A stretch of DNA of 64,000 nucleotides, from the NCBI RefSeq assembly GCF_001194135.2, contig NC_068991.1:47566833-47630832 (forward strand), in the 5' to 3' direction. The notes under the pieces are model-generated. The model searched no databases. It was given only the letters and a program-made list of their open reading frames with translations, and had not been told where the DNA came from. Shown in pieces: positions 26,158 to 39,125 of this stretch (positions are counted from its first letter, which is position 1; every line of letters starts with the position of its first letter). Origin of the DNA: Octopus bimaculoides. Lineage: Eukaryota. The position numbers and the translations under genes are program-made.

Positions 26158-26999
26158 NNNNNNNNNNNNNNNNNNNNNNNNNNNNNNNNNNNNNNNNNNN
26201 NNNNNNNNNNNNNNNNNNNNNNNNNNNNNNNNNNNNNNNNNNNNNNNNNNNNNNNNNNNNNNNNNNNNNNNNNNNNNNNNNNNNNNNNNNNNNNNNNNNN
26301 NNNNNNNNNNNNNNNNNNNNNNNNNNNNNNNNNNNNNNNNNNNNNNNNNNNNNNNNNNNNNNNNNNNNNNNNNNNNNNNNNNNNNNNNNNNNNNNNNNNN
26401 NNNNNNNNNNNNNNNNNNNNNNNNNNNNNNNNNNNNNNNNNNNNNNNNNNNNNNNNNNNNNNNNNNNNNNNNNNNNNNNNNNNNNNNNNNNNNNNNNNNN
26501 NNNNNNNNNNNNNNNNNNNNNNNNNNNNNNNNNNNNNNNNNNNNNNNNNNNNNNNNNNNNNNNNNNNNNNNNNNNNNNNNNNNNNNNNNNNNNNNNNNNN
26601 NNNNNNNNNNNNNNNNNNNNNNNNNNNNNNNNNNNNNNNNNNNNNNNNNNNNNNNNNNNNNNNNNNNNNNNNNNNNNNNNNNNNNNNNNNNNNNNNNNNN
26701 NNNNNNNNNNNNNNNNNNNNNNNNNNNNNNNNNNNNNNNNNNNNNNNNNNNNNNNNNNNNNNNNNNNNNNNNNNNNNNNNNNNNNNNNNNNNNNNNNNNN
26801 NNNNNNNNNNNNNNNNNNNNNNNNNNNNNNNNNNNNNNNNNNNNNNNNNNNNNNNNNNNNNNNNNNNNNNNNNNNNNNNNNNNNNNNNNNNNNNNNNNNN
26901 NNNNNNNNNNNNNNNNNNNNNNNNNNNNNNNNNNNNNNNNNNNNNNNNNNNNNNNNNNNNNNNNNNNNNNNNNNNNNNNNNNNNNNNNNNNNNNNNNNN
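26158..26999. other. Assembly gap (N run)
   Basis: N run flanked by (TA)n on both sides. Confidence 1.
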
Positions 27000-27050
<51 letters not shown>

Positions 27051-27383
27051 GAAATAAAGAACTAATGTTAATTGATATGTTCTACAGTCACAATGAAGAG
27101 TATGTCAGTGTGACACTAGATTTGAACTTATAGCTTTACGTTTGTCCCTTTCCCATCGTGTTTTTAGTGGAATTGTTGTGGAACAGAAATGGCTGCTATA
27201 AGCCTCAAAATTAAAAATGTTGTTTTTTTGCGTGATATAAAATTATTTGGTTTAGGAAAAAGTTTGTGTTGTGTTAAAATAATGATTTTTTTATATATTT
27301 TTTTTAGTGTATGTGTTCATTAAGTTCATTATTTTAACACAGTGCACAAACTTTTTCCTCAACCTAGTATATTCAAGATTCTT

Positions 27384-27505
27384 TCACCAAAAATTCATTC
27401 TTTTGCGGGTTCTTTCGAGAACGTCTGATATCAAGCTACCACTGGTATCCAAGGACTCAGAAATAGCATGTTCATCTAAAGAGCTTTTTCGATGAATTGA
27501 GTTAT
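27384..27505 (-). CDS. MDM1: MDM1 last coding exon
   Basis: CTTTCAG| (Y)NSIHRKSSLDEHAISESLDTSGSLISDVLERTRKRMNFW TGA. Confidence 0.9.
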
Positions 27506-29666
27506 CTGAAAGAAAATAAATTGTAACTGTTATGCAGACAAAAATTAAATATTTCAGATTAGTTTACAAAAGATACATATTGCTTTTATTTTTATTATTA
27601 AAATTTTTTTTTCCTTTCCTCCTCCTCATCATCATCGTCGTTTAACGTCCGCTTTCCATGCTAGCATGGGTTGGACGATTTGACTGAGGATTGGTGGACC
27701 AGGAGGTGACACCAGGCTCCAATCTGATTTGGCAGAGTTTCTACAGCTGGATGCCCTTCCTAATGCCAACCACTCCAAGAGTGTAGTGGGTGCTTTTATG
27801 CACAAGGGCCAGTCAGACAGTACTGGCGACGGCCACGCTCAAAATGGTGTATTTTACGTGCCACCTGCACAGGAGCCAGTCCAGTGGCACTGGCAACAAT
27901 CTCGCTCAAATGTCTTACTGGCAACGGCCACGCTCGAAATAGTGTATTTTACGTGTCACCTGCACAGGAGCCAGTCCATCGGCACCATCAATATTAATAG
28001 TAACCCTTGGTTCTTCTCTCTCTCCAAATGTTGCCATTTCAATCTTGCTTCCTCCCACTGCTGCCACCATCATCATCAGCTAACTGTCTATGCAATGGTA
28101 CTGAATTCGTAATCATGGACAAACTTCTTAACCACAAAGGCTTGTGCCTATAATTCACTCACACACACACATGCACAAATATCTGCTAGTATGTGTGTGT
28201 GTGTGTCTATATTCATGTTTATTAATGAGTTGTATGTGAAAGTAAAAAAAAACATAAAATGGTAACTTAGGCTTTCAACAAACAGAAAATGATAAAATAA
28301 GTGAGAGATTGGGGTGGTGGTGAAGATAATTTGACTAAAGCCCATCTTTCCATCCAACCAAAATCAATAAAAACTCTTGATTTTTCCTAATTCTTAATTA
28401 AACTAGGATTTCAGTCTGTCACAGGATTAACCATTAGCTGGTACTGATTTTTAGCTGAGTTGACTGGAGTAATATGAAACAAAGTATCATGCTCAAGGAA
28501 ATAACGTGTGACCCAACTGATATTTGAACCCATCATTTTGAGTCAAACAATCTAACTACTAGGCTACATATCCTTCACACACACACACACAAACAAACAA
28601 AACAAATGGATAGAAACAGGGTAGTATGTAAACAAATGCAACAAATATTAAAGTTGTGCTACATTCATTCTTCGTCTTTTTCCTTATCTTATATGTTACT
28701 CAACAAAATTCTTACACACTTGTTTCATCAATGAAAGACATCTCAAGTTCCTACACCAGTGGATTTGTAAATTATCTAAATTCCAGTACTGAAGTGTAGA
28801 TAGCCAGGAGTTCATGTCAAGTGCTGCATTGTGAATATAACATATTTTTACCCAATCCAAACCTACACTATATCTATATGCATACACTCACATGTGTGTA
28901 TGGGTGTGTGTGCATGTATCATCATTCAACATTCCTTTTTCCATACTGGCATGAGCTGGACAGTTCAACACAAACAGATGAGCCAGAGGGCTTGGTTTCT
29001 ACAGCTGGATGCCCTTCTTAATACCAACCAATTCAGAGAGTGAACTAGGTGTACGGCGATAAGAAATACAGAAAACATGTTTATAAATGCATTTATTGCT
29101 TTATAATGTGGCTGCTCAAACTCTGCCTGCCAGTGATAACATGGCAGTTTTTAAATTGCTTGAAATATCTGAGTAGAGAGTAGAACTCTTTACCAACCCC
29201 CCAAAATTTGGTAATGTGTTATGCCAATGCACCTATACTTATAAATTGTATATACATATGCATGTATGTGTGTATATATCATCATCATCGTTTAACGTCT
29301 GCTTTCCATGCTGGCATGGGTTGGATGGTTTGACTGGGGACTGGTGAGCCAGATGGCTGCACCAGGCTCCAATCTGATCTGGCAGAGTTTCTACAGCTGG
29401 GTGTGCTTCCTAACGCCAACCACTCCGAGAGTGTAGTGGGTGTTTTTACGTGTCACCTGCACAGGAGCCAGTCGAGCGGCACTGGCAACACCCTCGCTCG
29501 AATGTTGTTTTCCATGTACCACCAGCACAAGTGCCAGTAAGGCAACGCTGGTAACGATCACACTCGAATGGTGCTTTTTACGAGCCACCAGCACGGGGGC
29601 CAGTCAGCAGCCCTGGCAAAGATCATGCTCGGATGGTGCTCTTAGTGCTCCACTAGCACAGATGCG

Positions 29667-29758
<92 letters not shown>

Positions 29759-30281
29759 TTGTATGTATGTATATTATATTAACCTCCTAATTTAGGGGGA
29801 AAAAATTCACTGACCATTTAGGTTCCTGCTAAAATACTTATCTCAAACACATTTTCACAGTATGAAGTGATGTTAAGACAGATGGCGTACTTACACTTTG
29901 AGTGAGGGTGTACATTGTAAGTGTCACTCAAATGTTCATAGTGTGGCTTGAGGGCACTAATTATGTTTGATCTGGCGAAATTCTTGAAAGGTAAATTTTC
30001 TTGAGATTTCAAAGGCTTTGTCCTTTTACTGGAACTATTTTTGTTAGCTAGAAACAGATTGAAAGATTAAAGCATGATGATGATGATGACAACAATAACA
30101 ACAACAATAATATTTTTTCCAAATTTGGGTATCATTTCCCCATGAACAAACATATTTTTGAGGAAGATGGGAAATTAGGAATTCCACTTGTGTGATGGTG
30201 ATGTTTGTTTATAATTATCCTGTAATGCCAAAACAAGGAGACTCAAGATATACATATATAAATGTGTGTGTGTGTGCATGC

Positions 30282-30332
<51 letters not shown>

Positions 30333-32592
30333 TTGTTCCTTCTCGAGCCATGCCTGGTTCATAAGGGCTGGTTTTCTGGTTTCATTGACATATAGGTTCC
30401 CCACCTGGATGGGACGCTGGTCCGTCGCAGGTGAGCTGCTAGATGCAGGAGAAAGTTGTGGTGAAAAAGTCAGCAGAAGTTTGCCATTAACTTCTGCTGG
30501 AGCCACATGGAGCTTAGGTATTTCACTCATAAACACACATATTGCCTGGTCTGAGATCTGAACCTGCAATCTCTCGACTGCCAGTTCGCTGCTATAACCA
30601 CCAGGCCATGTGCCTCCATGGGAATAGTATAACTGAAAGCTCACACATAAAGCTATGTAATGGGACTGAACATGAATGCCTGTGGTTGGGAAGCAAACTC
30701 CTTAACCACACAGCCATGCTTGCAAACACCATTAACCCTTTAGCATTTAAACTGACCACATCCAGCCCAAATATTCTTCCTGTTTTATGTTCAAACCAAC
30801 CATATCCAGCCTCTCAAACCTACCCTACAATGTCATTCTAAAAATAAACAATCACATTTTCAAAATCTTGAAGCTACAAGACACTACATAATTAATTTTG
30901 AAAACTGTGGATAAATAAGCATTACATTGGATAAATGAATCTGAATGCTAAAGGGTTAAGGAATAAATAGATTTACAAAAACATAAGACAGTGATCACTT
31001 TTCACCTTTGAAGACGTGTGAAATAAAAGATCTCTTATTAGAAAAACAGGTAAGGGTTTGTAACATGAAGGGCATCCGGCAGTAAAAGATTGTCTTAATA
31101 AGGCCTAACCCATGATAAAACTGATAAAAATGAATAAATTACTTACATTTAACTTCTTTGGTGGAAGCAATTGGATTATACATGGATAGGAAAGAGTGAT
31201 AAGATTTCTTTGAGGGTGCAGAATTTGGCAATGCTTTTTGCTGCTGTTGCATAATCACAGGTTTATTTTTGCTTGATTTACCAAACAATGGAGCTCTAGT
31301 AAACATACTGTCACATGACTACAATGAAATTATAAAAAATGAGATATTCTTGTTAACGAAACAAACTACGAACTATGTAGATTTATCTGGTTAATATTTT
31401 GATTTTATCATCTGTTCAAACCTTACTACAGTTATTGTGCTGTGAGTCTCAGCCTGCACCATAGACAATAAAATCATAACCTGCAAGTTAAACAAAGAAG
31501 CCTCTATGTTGTCTCTCAAACTGCTAGAAATAGTAGTCAAATGCCCTGCAAATTACTCCAGGAAAACATCGATTGTGTTCACCACATAGATATGAATGAG
31601 AGGCAACTGATTATAAATCAAATAGCCAATGCTATTAGCATATCCTGTGAGAAAGTTGAGAACAGTCTGCACAATGAACTTGGCATGACAAAGGTTTATT
31701 TCTACTCAGTGGGTGCCTTGTCTTCTGAAACTTGATCAAAGCATACCAGGTTGATCATATCACAAGAAAATCTGACATTGTTTGAGGCAGATCCTGCTGG
31801 TTTCCTTGATCATTTCCTAACCCAGGATGAGTGTTGACTTCATTACTCTGAGCCAGAGACAAAGAGACAATCCACGCAGTGGAAACATCCCTCCTCACCT
31901 GCTCCAAAGAAGGTGAGGGTCATTTCATCTGCAGGGAAGGTGATAGTGTCAGTTTATGGGGATGCAAAAGGCATTGTAATTATTGACTGTCTTCAAAAGG
32001 GCCACACCATCAATGGAGAGTACTATACTAACTTCCTGAGGCAGTTATGAAAGGTTATGAAGACCAAACGCCCAGGGACTGACAAAACAGTCTTGTTTCA
32101 TCAGGACAATGCTCCAGCACACAAGTCCTTGGTTTCAATGGCTGCTGTGCATGACTGCAGCTTTGAAATAGTTGCTCACCCTCCCTATTCTCCTGATTTT
32201 GCCCAGTCTGATTATTATCTGTTCCTTAACATGAAAAGACAATTGGTTTATTCTATCAGTCTCTCTTGACAAACTGCTAAGTTATGGAGATGTAACCACA
32301 CCAACACAAGTTGTCAAGCAGTTGTGTGGAACAAACACAGACACAAAGATACACATACACATATATATGACAGAGTTCAGCAATCATTCGATACAAGTTC
32401 TCTAAATGCCAAATCAGTAATCAGCTGATTGCCAAGCAGCGATAATTGCCAAACCAGTAGTCAGTTGATTGCCAACCAGTAGTCAGCTTTGCCTGCTGAT
32501 TATCAACATGGTCAACATGTCTTTGTTTACATCAATTCCGCAAGAAAGAGGGAAAGGGCGTTAGTCAGCAGGTAGCAGACAGCAATCACTCG

Positions 32593-32625
<33 letters not shown>

Positions 32626-32998
32626 ACACTTTCATTTTCTACAAACCTTTAAAAAATAAACATAAAGACTTTAAATAAACATACTCTTTACTCTTTTACT
32701 TGTTTCATTCATTTGACTGCGGCCATGCTGGAGCACCGCCTTTAGTCGAGCAAATCGACCCCAGGACTTATTCTTTGTAAGCCTAGTACTTATTCTATCG
32801 GTCTTTTTTGCCGAACCGCTAAGTTACGGGGACGTAAACACACCACCATCTGTTGTCAAGCGATGTTGGGGGGGAAAACACAGACACACAAACATATACA
32901 CACACATACATATATACGACGGACTTCTTTCAGTTTCCCAGCATACACCTCTCTCTAGAGAGAGAGAGAAAGCGAGTGATAAGTGACATGTGTTTTTA

Positions 32999-33035
<37 letters not shown>

Positions 33036-36000
33036 GTGATTGCTGTCTGCTACCTGCTGACTAACGCCCTTTCCCTCTTTACGGAAATTGCCGAATTGAT
33101 GTAAACAAAGACATGTTGGCCATGTTGATAATCAGCAGGCAAAGCTGACTACTGGTTGGCAATCAGCTGACTACTGGTTTGGCATTTAGAGAACTTGTAC
33201 CGAATGATCGCCCAGAGTTCTTTTCAGTTCCCATCTACCAAATCCATTCAGAAGGCTTTGGTCAGCCTGAGGCTCTAGTATAAGACACTTGCCCAAGGAG
33301 CCACACAGTGGAACTGAACCCAGAACTATGTGGTTGGGAAGCAAGCTTCTTACCACAAAGCCATGCCTAAATATTAATTCATAGCATAAACAGATCCCAC
33401 ACATTCTCTATGTGGGTAAACACCAATAAATCAACTGGTACTTTATTGTACTGAGTCCTAGGGGGATTAAAGACAAAGTAGATGTAGGAATGATTTGAAC
33501 TCAGAACATAAAAGAAAGAAAGTAAAATACTACAAGGGGTTTAATGTATAGTTCTTCTATTTCTGCTGTTCACCACCTCTTAAATATATTAAATTCAAAT
33601 ATTAAAAATCCTTGTATTATTAACTTACTTTAAAAATTTGCTTTGGTCTTCGATAATTTTCTGATACCTTGGAAACCAAATCTAGATGATAAACTGGAAG
33701 AATAAAAAGGAAAAGTTGAAAGATACTAGAATGTATAAATTCCAATACATTAATTAACAGCAATTGTCTAGATAAGAATAATTTATTAAACGATACTTAC
33801 CCTCATTATCAGCATCAATATGGCACTTATCATCTTCAGTTGTGGTTTCAATTTTTGATGGATCTGATGTAGTTTTATTAAAATATCTAGATTCTGTGAT
33901 GGGATCTTCATCTATTTGTTGAATCTGATCATTCAATTTATTATCACTGACTGGCACTGTAGGCGAAGGTTGATATTTGATTGATAATTCAGAGTTATTT
34001 CCTTTGGGTAACTGTAAAAGATTTGTCTTCATAATTCTTCTCTTTGTTCCATTTGAACAATCTGAATCATTCTTATTCATCATTTCAGTGATTGATTCTA
34101 CCACACGTATATCAGCAGTTTCTTCCTTATCAGTTACTAGATTTTTATTTTCATTTCCAACTAAATTCTGTTCCTCTTCTATGTTGATTGTTATTGACTC
34201 AGTTTTCTCAACATCATCGTTACTTTCTTGATCTTTTATATTCTGGTAATTATCGTCATCTTTCACTGATTTAGAATGCTTATTATCAGCAACTAATGCT
34301 TCTTCAACCTCTTCTAACACAATTTTACATTCATTATTGACACTTGGTGATAAACTTCTTAATTTATTGTTTTTAAAAGAAAACATTTCTGGCCTGGAAG
34401 AACAGAATAACTGGTATAAGAACATGAAGTTGTCACAAAATAATACTAAAGAATATTAATTTATATTTTCCTTTCTCAGGAACTTATATCTAAGACAATA
34501 AGCCTGTTTCAGCTTATTCATGAATTTAAGCTCTGTGACTCAATCCTTTTATTAATTACTAAAGTTTATTTATGCTTCCCCAAATCTGATGATTCTACAC
34601 TAATCCCAGTCAAAGTGTTCCATTAGACCAATCTCTATTTTTTCTTTACTGCCATGAATCTACTCCTCTGATACACTTAACAGAAAATGTATAATGATTT
34701 CTTGCAAAAACTGCTTCACTTTAGAACTTACTCTTCTTGTCAATTCTCATAATATACTATTCTAAAGCCCATCAAAGTCTAACACTCAGTATGACCTTTG
34801 TAAGCCAGTCACTAACTACCTGTTAAAACTGTATATGGCTACGGCAGGTCCACATTTACAGTTTGCATCTCCAGTCTAGAACACCCCCCCCCCATCTTCT
34901 TCAGAATATCAATCCAGAGGTGTGCAACCAGATGAATATCCTCCAACAGTCACCATATCTTGAACATATTGCTTCTCTGGGCATTGATACACTAAAGTTT
35001 TGATGCCTGGCAGTTGACTTGGTAGAAGCCCATAGAATTATCCACCATCCTTCCAACAACACTTTACCCATTTTTTAAAATTCAATACCTCTACCTCTCT
35101 TAGACATGCTTATAAAATCAAAAACTATTGTAGCATTCATGACTTTCAGAAACATTTCCTTGCTTTCAGAATTGTCAAAGAATGGAATAAACTACCTATA
35201 TCAGGTGTTAGCTGACAAGACACGGCATTCTTCAAAAATTTCATGTTTCCTGAAATTTGCTAACACAGTTTTTGATGTACTTCTATACACTTTTCTCTTT
35301 ATGAATCTATAACTCTTTTACTTGCTTCAGTCATTTGACTGTAGCCATGCTGGAGCACCGCCTTTAGTCGAGCAAATCGACCCCAGTCTCTTTTGCCGAA
35401 CGGTTAAGTTACGGGGACGTAAACACACCAGCATCGGTTGTCAAGCGATGTTGGGGGGGACAAACACAGCACAGACACACAAACACATACATATATATGA
35501 CGGGCTTCTTTCAGTTTCCGTCTATCAAATCCAAGGCTTCGGTCGGCCCGAGGCTATAGTAGAAGACACTTGCCCAAGATGCCATGCAGTGGGACTGAAC
35601 CCGGAACCATGTAGTTGGTAAGCAAGCTACTTACCACACAGCCACTCCACTGTTCACTTTTCTGTCTTTTTGCATTTTCTTTTGCATGCTATGCACGCAC
35701 TTTTGCCTACCATTGCTATCTTTCTTTACTCAACTTATTGCTGCTTTCTGTCTCCTCTTTTACACTTCTCTGTATTATACAGTGATTAAATTAATAGAAC
35801 CTTCTTCACCAGCTAACTTACTTCATAGCAGCAACAGCAGAGGAAACAGAAACAGACTGACTTGTAACAGAATTAAAATAACTGGAGACTATTGTACAGG
35901 TTGAGTTATTTTCATTGTTAAGACACAGAGTAGAATAGAAAAGAGAAATATAAAGGCAGAAAATAGAATCCATAATAGATGTGTAGGTCTAGCGGTTTAA

Positions 36001-37436
36001 TTAACATGTCTGCTTTGCAAGCATGTGGTTTCAGGTTCAGACTAACTGTATCACATCTTGGACAAATGTCTTCTATTACTGCCCAAGGCCAACCAATACT
36101 CTGGGAGTGAAATGGAAGTCAGAAACTGTAAAAGGCTTATTATGAGTGGATTTGGTTGACAGAAACTGAATGAAGCCAAGTGTGTGTGCAGGGTTTGTTT
36201 GTGTTTATCCTTGTCTTGACATCATGTGATGATTGTAAATGAACATTACTATCATACAAGCAATGCTGCTCATTTCTTGACTTCTATGGTAAAATATTAC
36301 CTAGCAGAGAAACAAGTAAGGGTTGGCAACAGAAGGTCATCCAGCTGTAGAAAATCTGCTTCAACAAATTCTGTCTGGCCCATGCAAGCATGGAAAAATG
36401 GATGTTAAACATTGATGATGATGATAAGTATATGGCTGTATAAGTGCGTGCATGTGTGCGTTTGTGTCTTTGCTTAGTGTTGACACTTGCATGCTGATTG
36501 TCCACCTATTGAGCTCTTTGTTGTTCAAAAGGACTAAAGGCAATATTACATTGCTTAATAACAGGTAATGGTTGGAGATAGGAAGAGTATCCAGAGGTAG
36601 AAAAACTGCTGCAACATGTTTTGTCTGAACCATGCAAGCATAGAAAAGTAGGTGTTCAAATAACAATGAAAATGTGATAAACAGTGATATCTGTATGAGG
36701 ATGTAATTAACAGGGATATTTGTATGATGATTTGATAAATACAGATATCTGTATGATGATGCAATAATAAAGGGATATCCATAAAACAATTCACTTACGG
36801 ATAATAAGTTATTCCTGCTGGTTTCATCTGAGAAGGATCAATTGCTGTAGTTAACAATTTTCTAGAATTTTCCCATTTTTCTGTCTCCTTTGATATCAGC
36901 TGTACCATATGTTTTGAACAAAAGTGAGAGTCAAGTGCTCTCTGCCGGTATTTTGCTGCCTTATCACGTAACTCTAGCACCTGCTTGTACCAGTCTTCAT
37001 ATGATATATTTTCAGTCGTTACCTTATTAAGATGGAAGAAGCAGTTTCTTGTGAAAGATGATACACTCAAACATATGTATAAATATCTGGCTTAGGCATT
37101 GCAATACTAATAACATGGTGTAGCACTCAATATACATAAACTTCTGAATAAAACATTAGTCAAGCACAGAGCAGTAATAATAAAAAAAAGAGATGACAAA
37201 GGAATAAATGATTATTTTATGAACTTCAGTACCAAACAGTTCTTCCCGTATAAGATATTGTGGACTCATAGCAGTGTGCCTGAGTAACACCTTATAGCTT
37301 CATCAGAGCCTCAAACATGAGGTGATAAGGAGTTACTCAGACACTCAACTATGAGTCCACAGCGTCTTATAGCAGAAATAGTTGTAAGCTAATGAAGTTC
37401 ATAGGATAAGCATTTATTCCTTTGTCATCTCTTTTT

Positions 37437-37469
<33 letters not shown>

Positions 37470-39089
37470 NNNNNNNNNNNNNNNNNNNNNNNNNNNNNNN
37501 NNNNNNNNNNNNNNNNNNNNNNNNNNNNNNNNNNNNNNNNNNNNNNNNNNNNNNNNNNNNNNNNNNNNNNNNNNNNNNNNNNNNNNNNNNNNNNNNNNNN
37601 NNNNNNNNNNNNNNNNNNNNNNNNNNNNNNNNNNNNNNNNNNNNNNNNNNNNNNNNNNNNNNNNNNNNNNNNNNNNNNNNNNNNNNNNNNNNNNNNNNNN
37701 NNNNNNNNNNNNNNNNNNNNNNNNNNNNNNNNNNNNNNNNNNNNNNNNNNNNNNNNNNTTCGAGCGTGGCCGTTTTCGTGCGGGTGACACGTAAAAGCAC
37801 CCACTACACTCTCTGAGTGGTTGGCGTTAGGAAGGGCATCCAGCTGTAGAAACTCTGCCAAATTAGATTGGAGCCTGGTGTTGCCATCCGGTTTCACCAG
37901 TCCTCAGTCAAATCGTCCAACCCATGCTAGCATGGAAAGCGGACGTTAAACGATGATGATGATGATGATATAGGTGTGTGTATGTGTGTGTGTGTGTGCA
38001 AGCGCATGCCAAAGCAGACATTGGAATTTGGGGCTTGTCACAGCCTTCTGGCTCAGTGGTTTCTGTCTCAAACTGTCTCAAATGGGTAGGAAGTTAATGA
38101 AGATATGCATATTACATATGTATCTCCATTAACTATGGCCAATAGAGATGCTGGTTGGTCACACTTTACATATTGGTTGTTTCCAGTCATTCTTTACATT
38201 GTATAGAGATGGGGGAGAGAGAGAGAGAGAGAGAATAAAAGAGGTACAGAGTGAGTTAACATAAGAGGTGCATGATGAGTGAACATACTAGGCTTGGTGG
38301 TAGGCAATGGCTAAAAGAATGCTACACATACTCAGAGAAAGAATCATAGAGACAGAGGAGTAGGAGGAGGAGAGGAAGTAAACAACAACAAACTGTTCAA
38401 AATGAATATAATTGCTACAATAATATTAATATACTTTTGCCATCATGGCTAATATCAGGAAATATAGCGCACATAAAATAATTATAATTTAACTTTTATC
38501 AAATTACTTATGGTGACAAAAGTATACTTTCGAAATTACTCAAGTTGCTAATATTAATAGATGATATAAGATGGTGAGCTGGTAGAATCATTAGGACACT
38601 AGACAAAAATGCCACTAGGCATTTCATCTATCTCCATGTTTTGAGTTCAAATTCCACTGAGGTCAATTTTGTCTTTCACCCTTTCGGGATCAATAAAATA
38701 AGTACCAAATGAGTACTGGGGTTGATGTAATTGATTTACCCACTCCCCTGAAATTGCTGGCCTTGTGCCAAAAATTGAAACCAGTGTAAATGGATGATAC
38801 ATTAATGGTTAATTAGAATAATTTATCTAATTATCTTGTCAAGGAATAAGTATTCCAAATTTGACATTAAAACGAAAATAGTTTTTAATACTAAAGTTGT
38901 GATCTTATATAATACAAGAAAAATTAAATACACCAACATATTGAAGTATTTAACAGTAGAGAAGGCTACTTTACCTGTGGGTCCTTATTTACCCAGGCAT
39001 TTTTAACATAAGCAAATTTTGAGGGTGAGTTGAAGTTTTTCTGGTATTCAGACATTAAAACTCTAAAGGAAAGCAATAATAAAAATAAC

Positions 39090-39125
<36 letters not shown>

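Noticed and set aside
26130-27065. Long ORFs of 120-350 aa made of X (also 37367-37897 and 55887-57017)
   Set aside because: Artefacts of N gaps and microsatellites.
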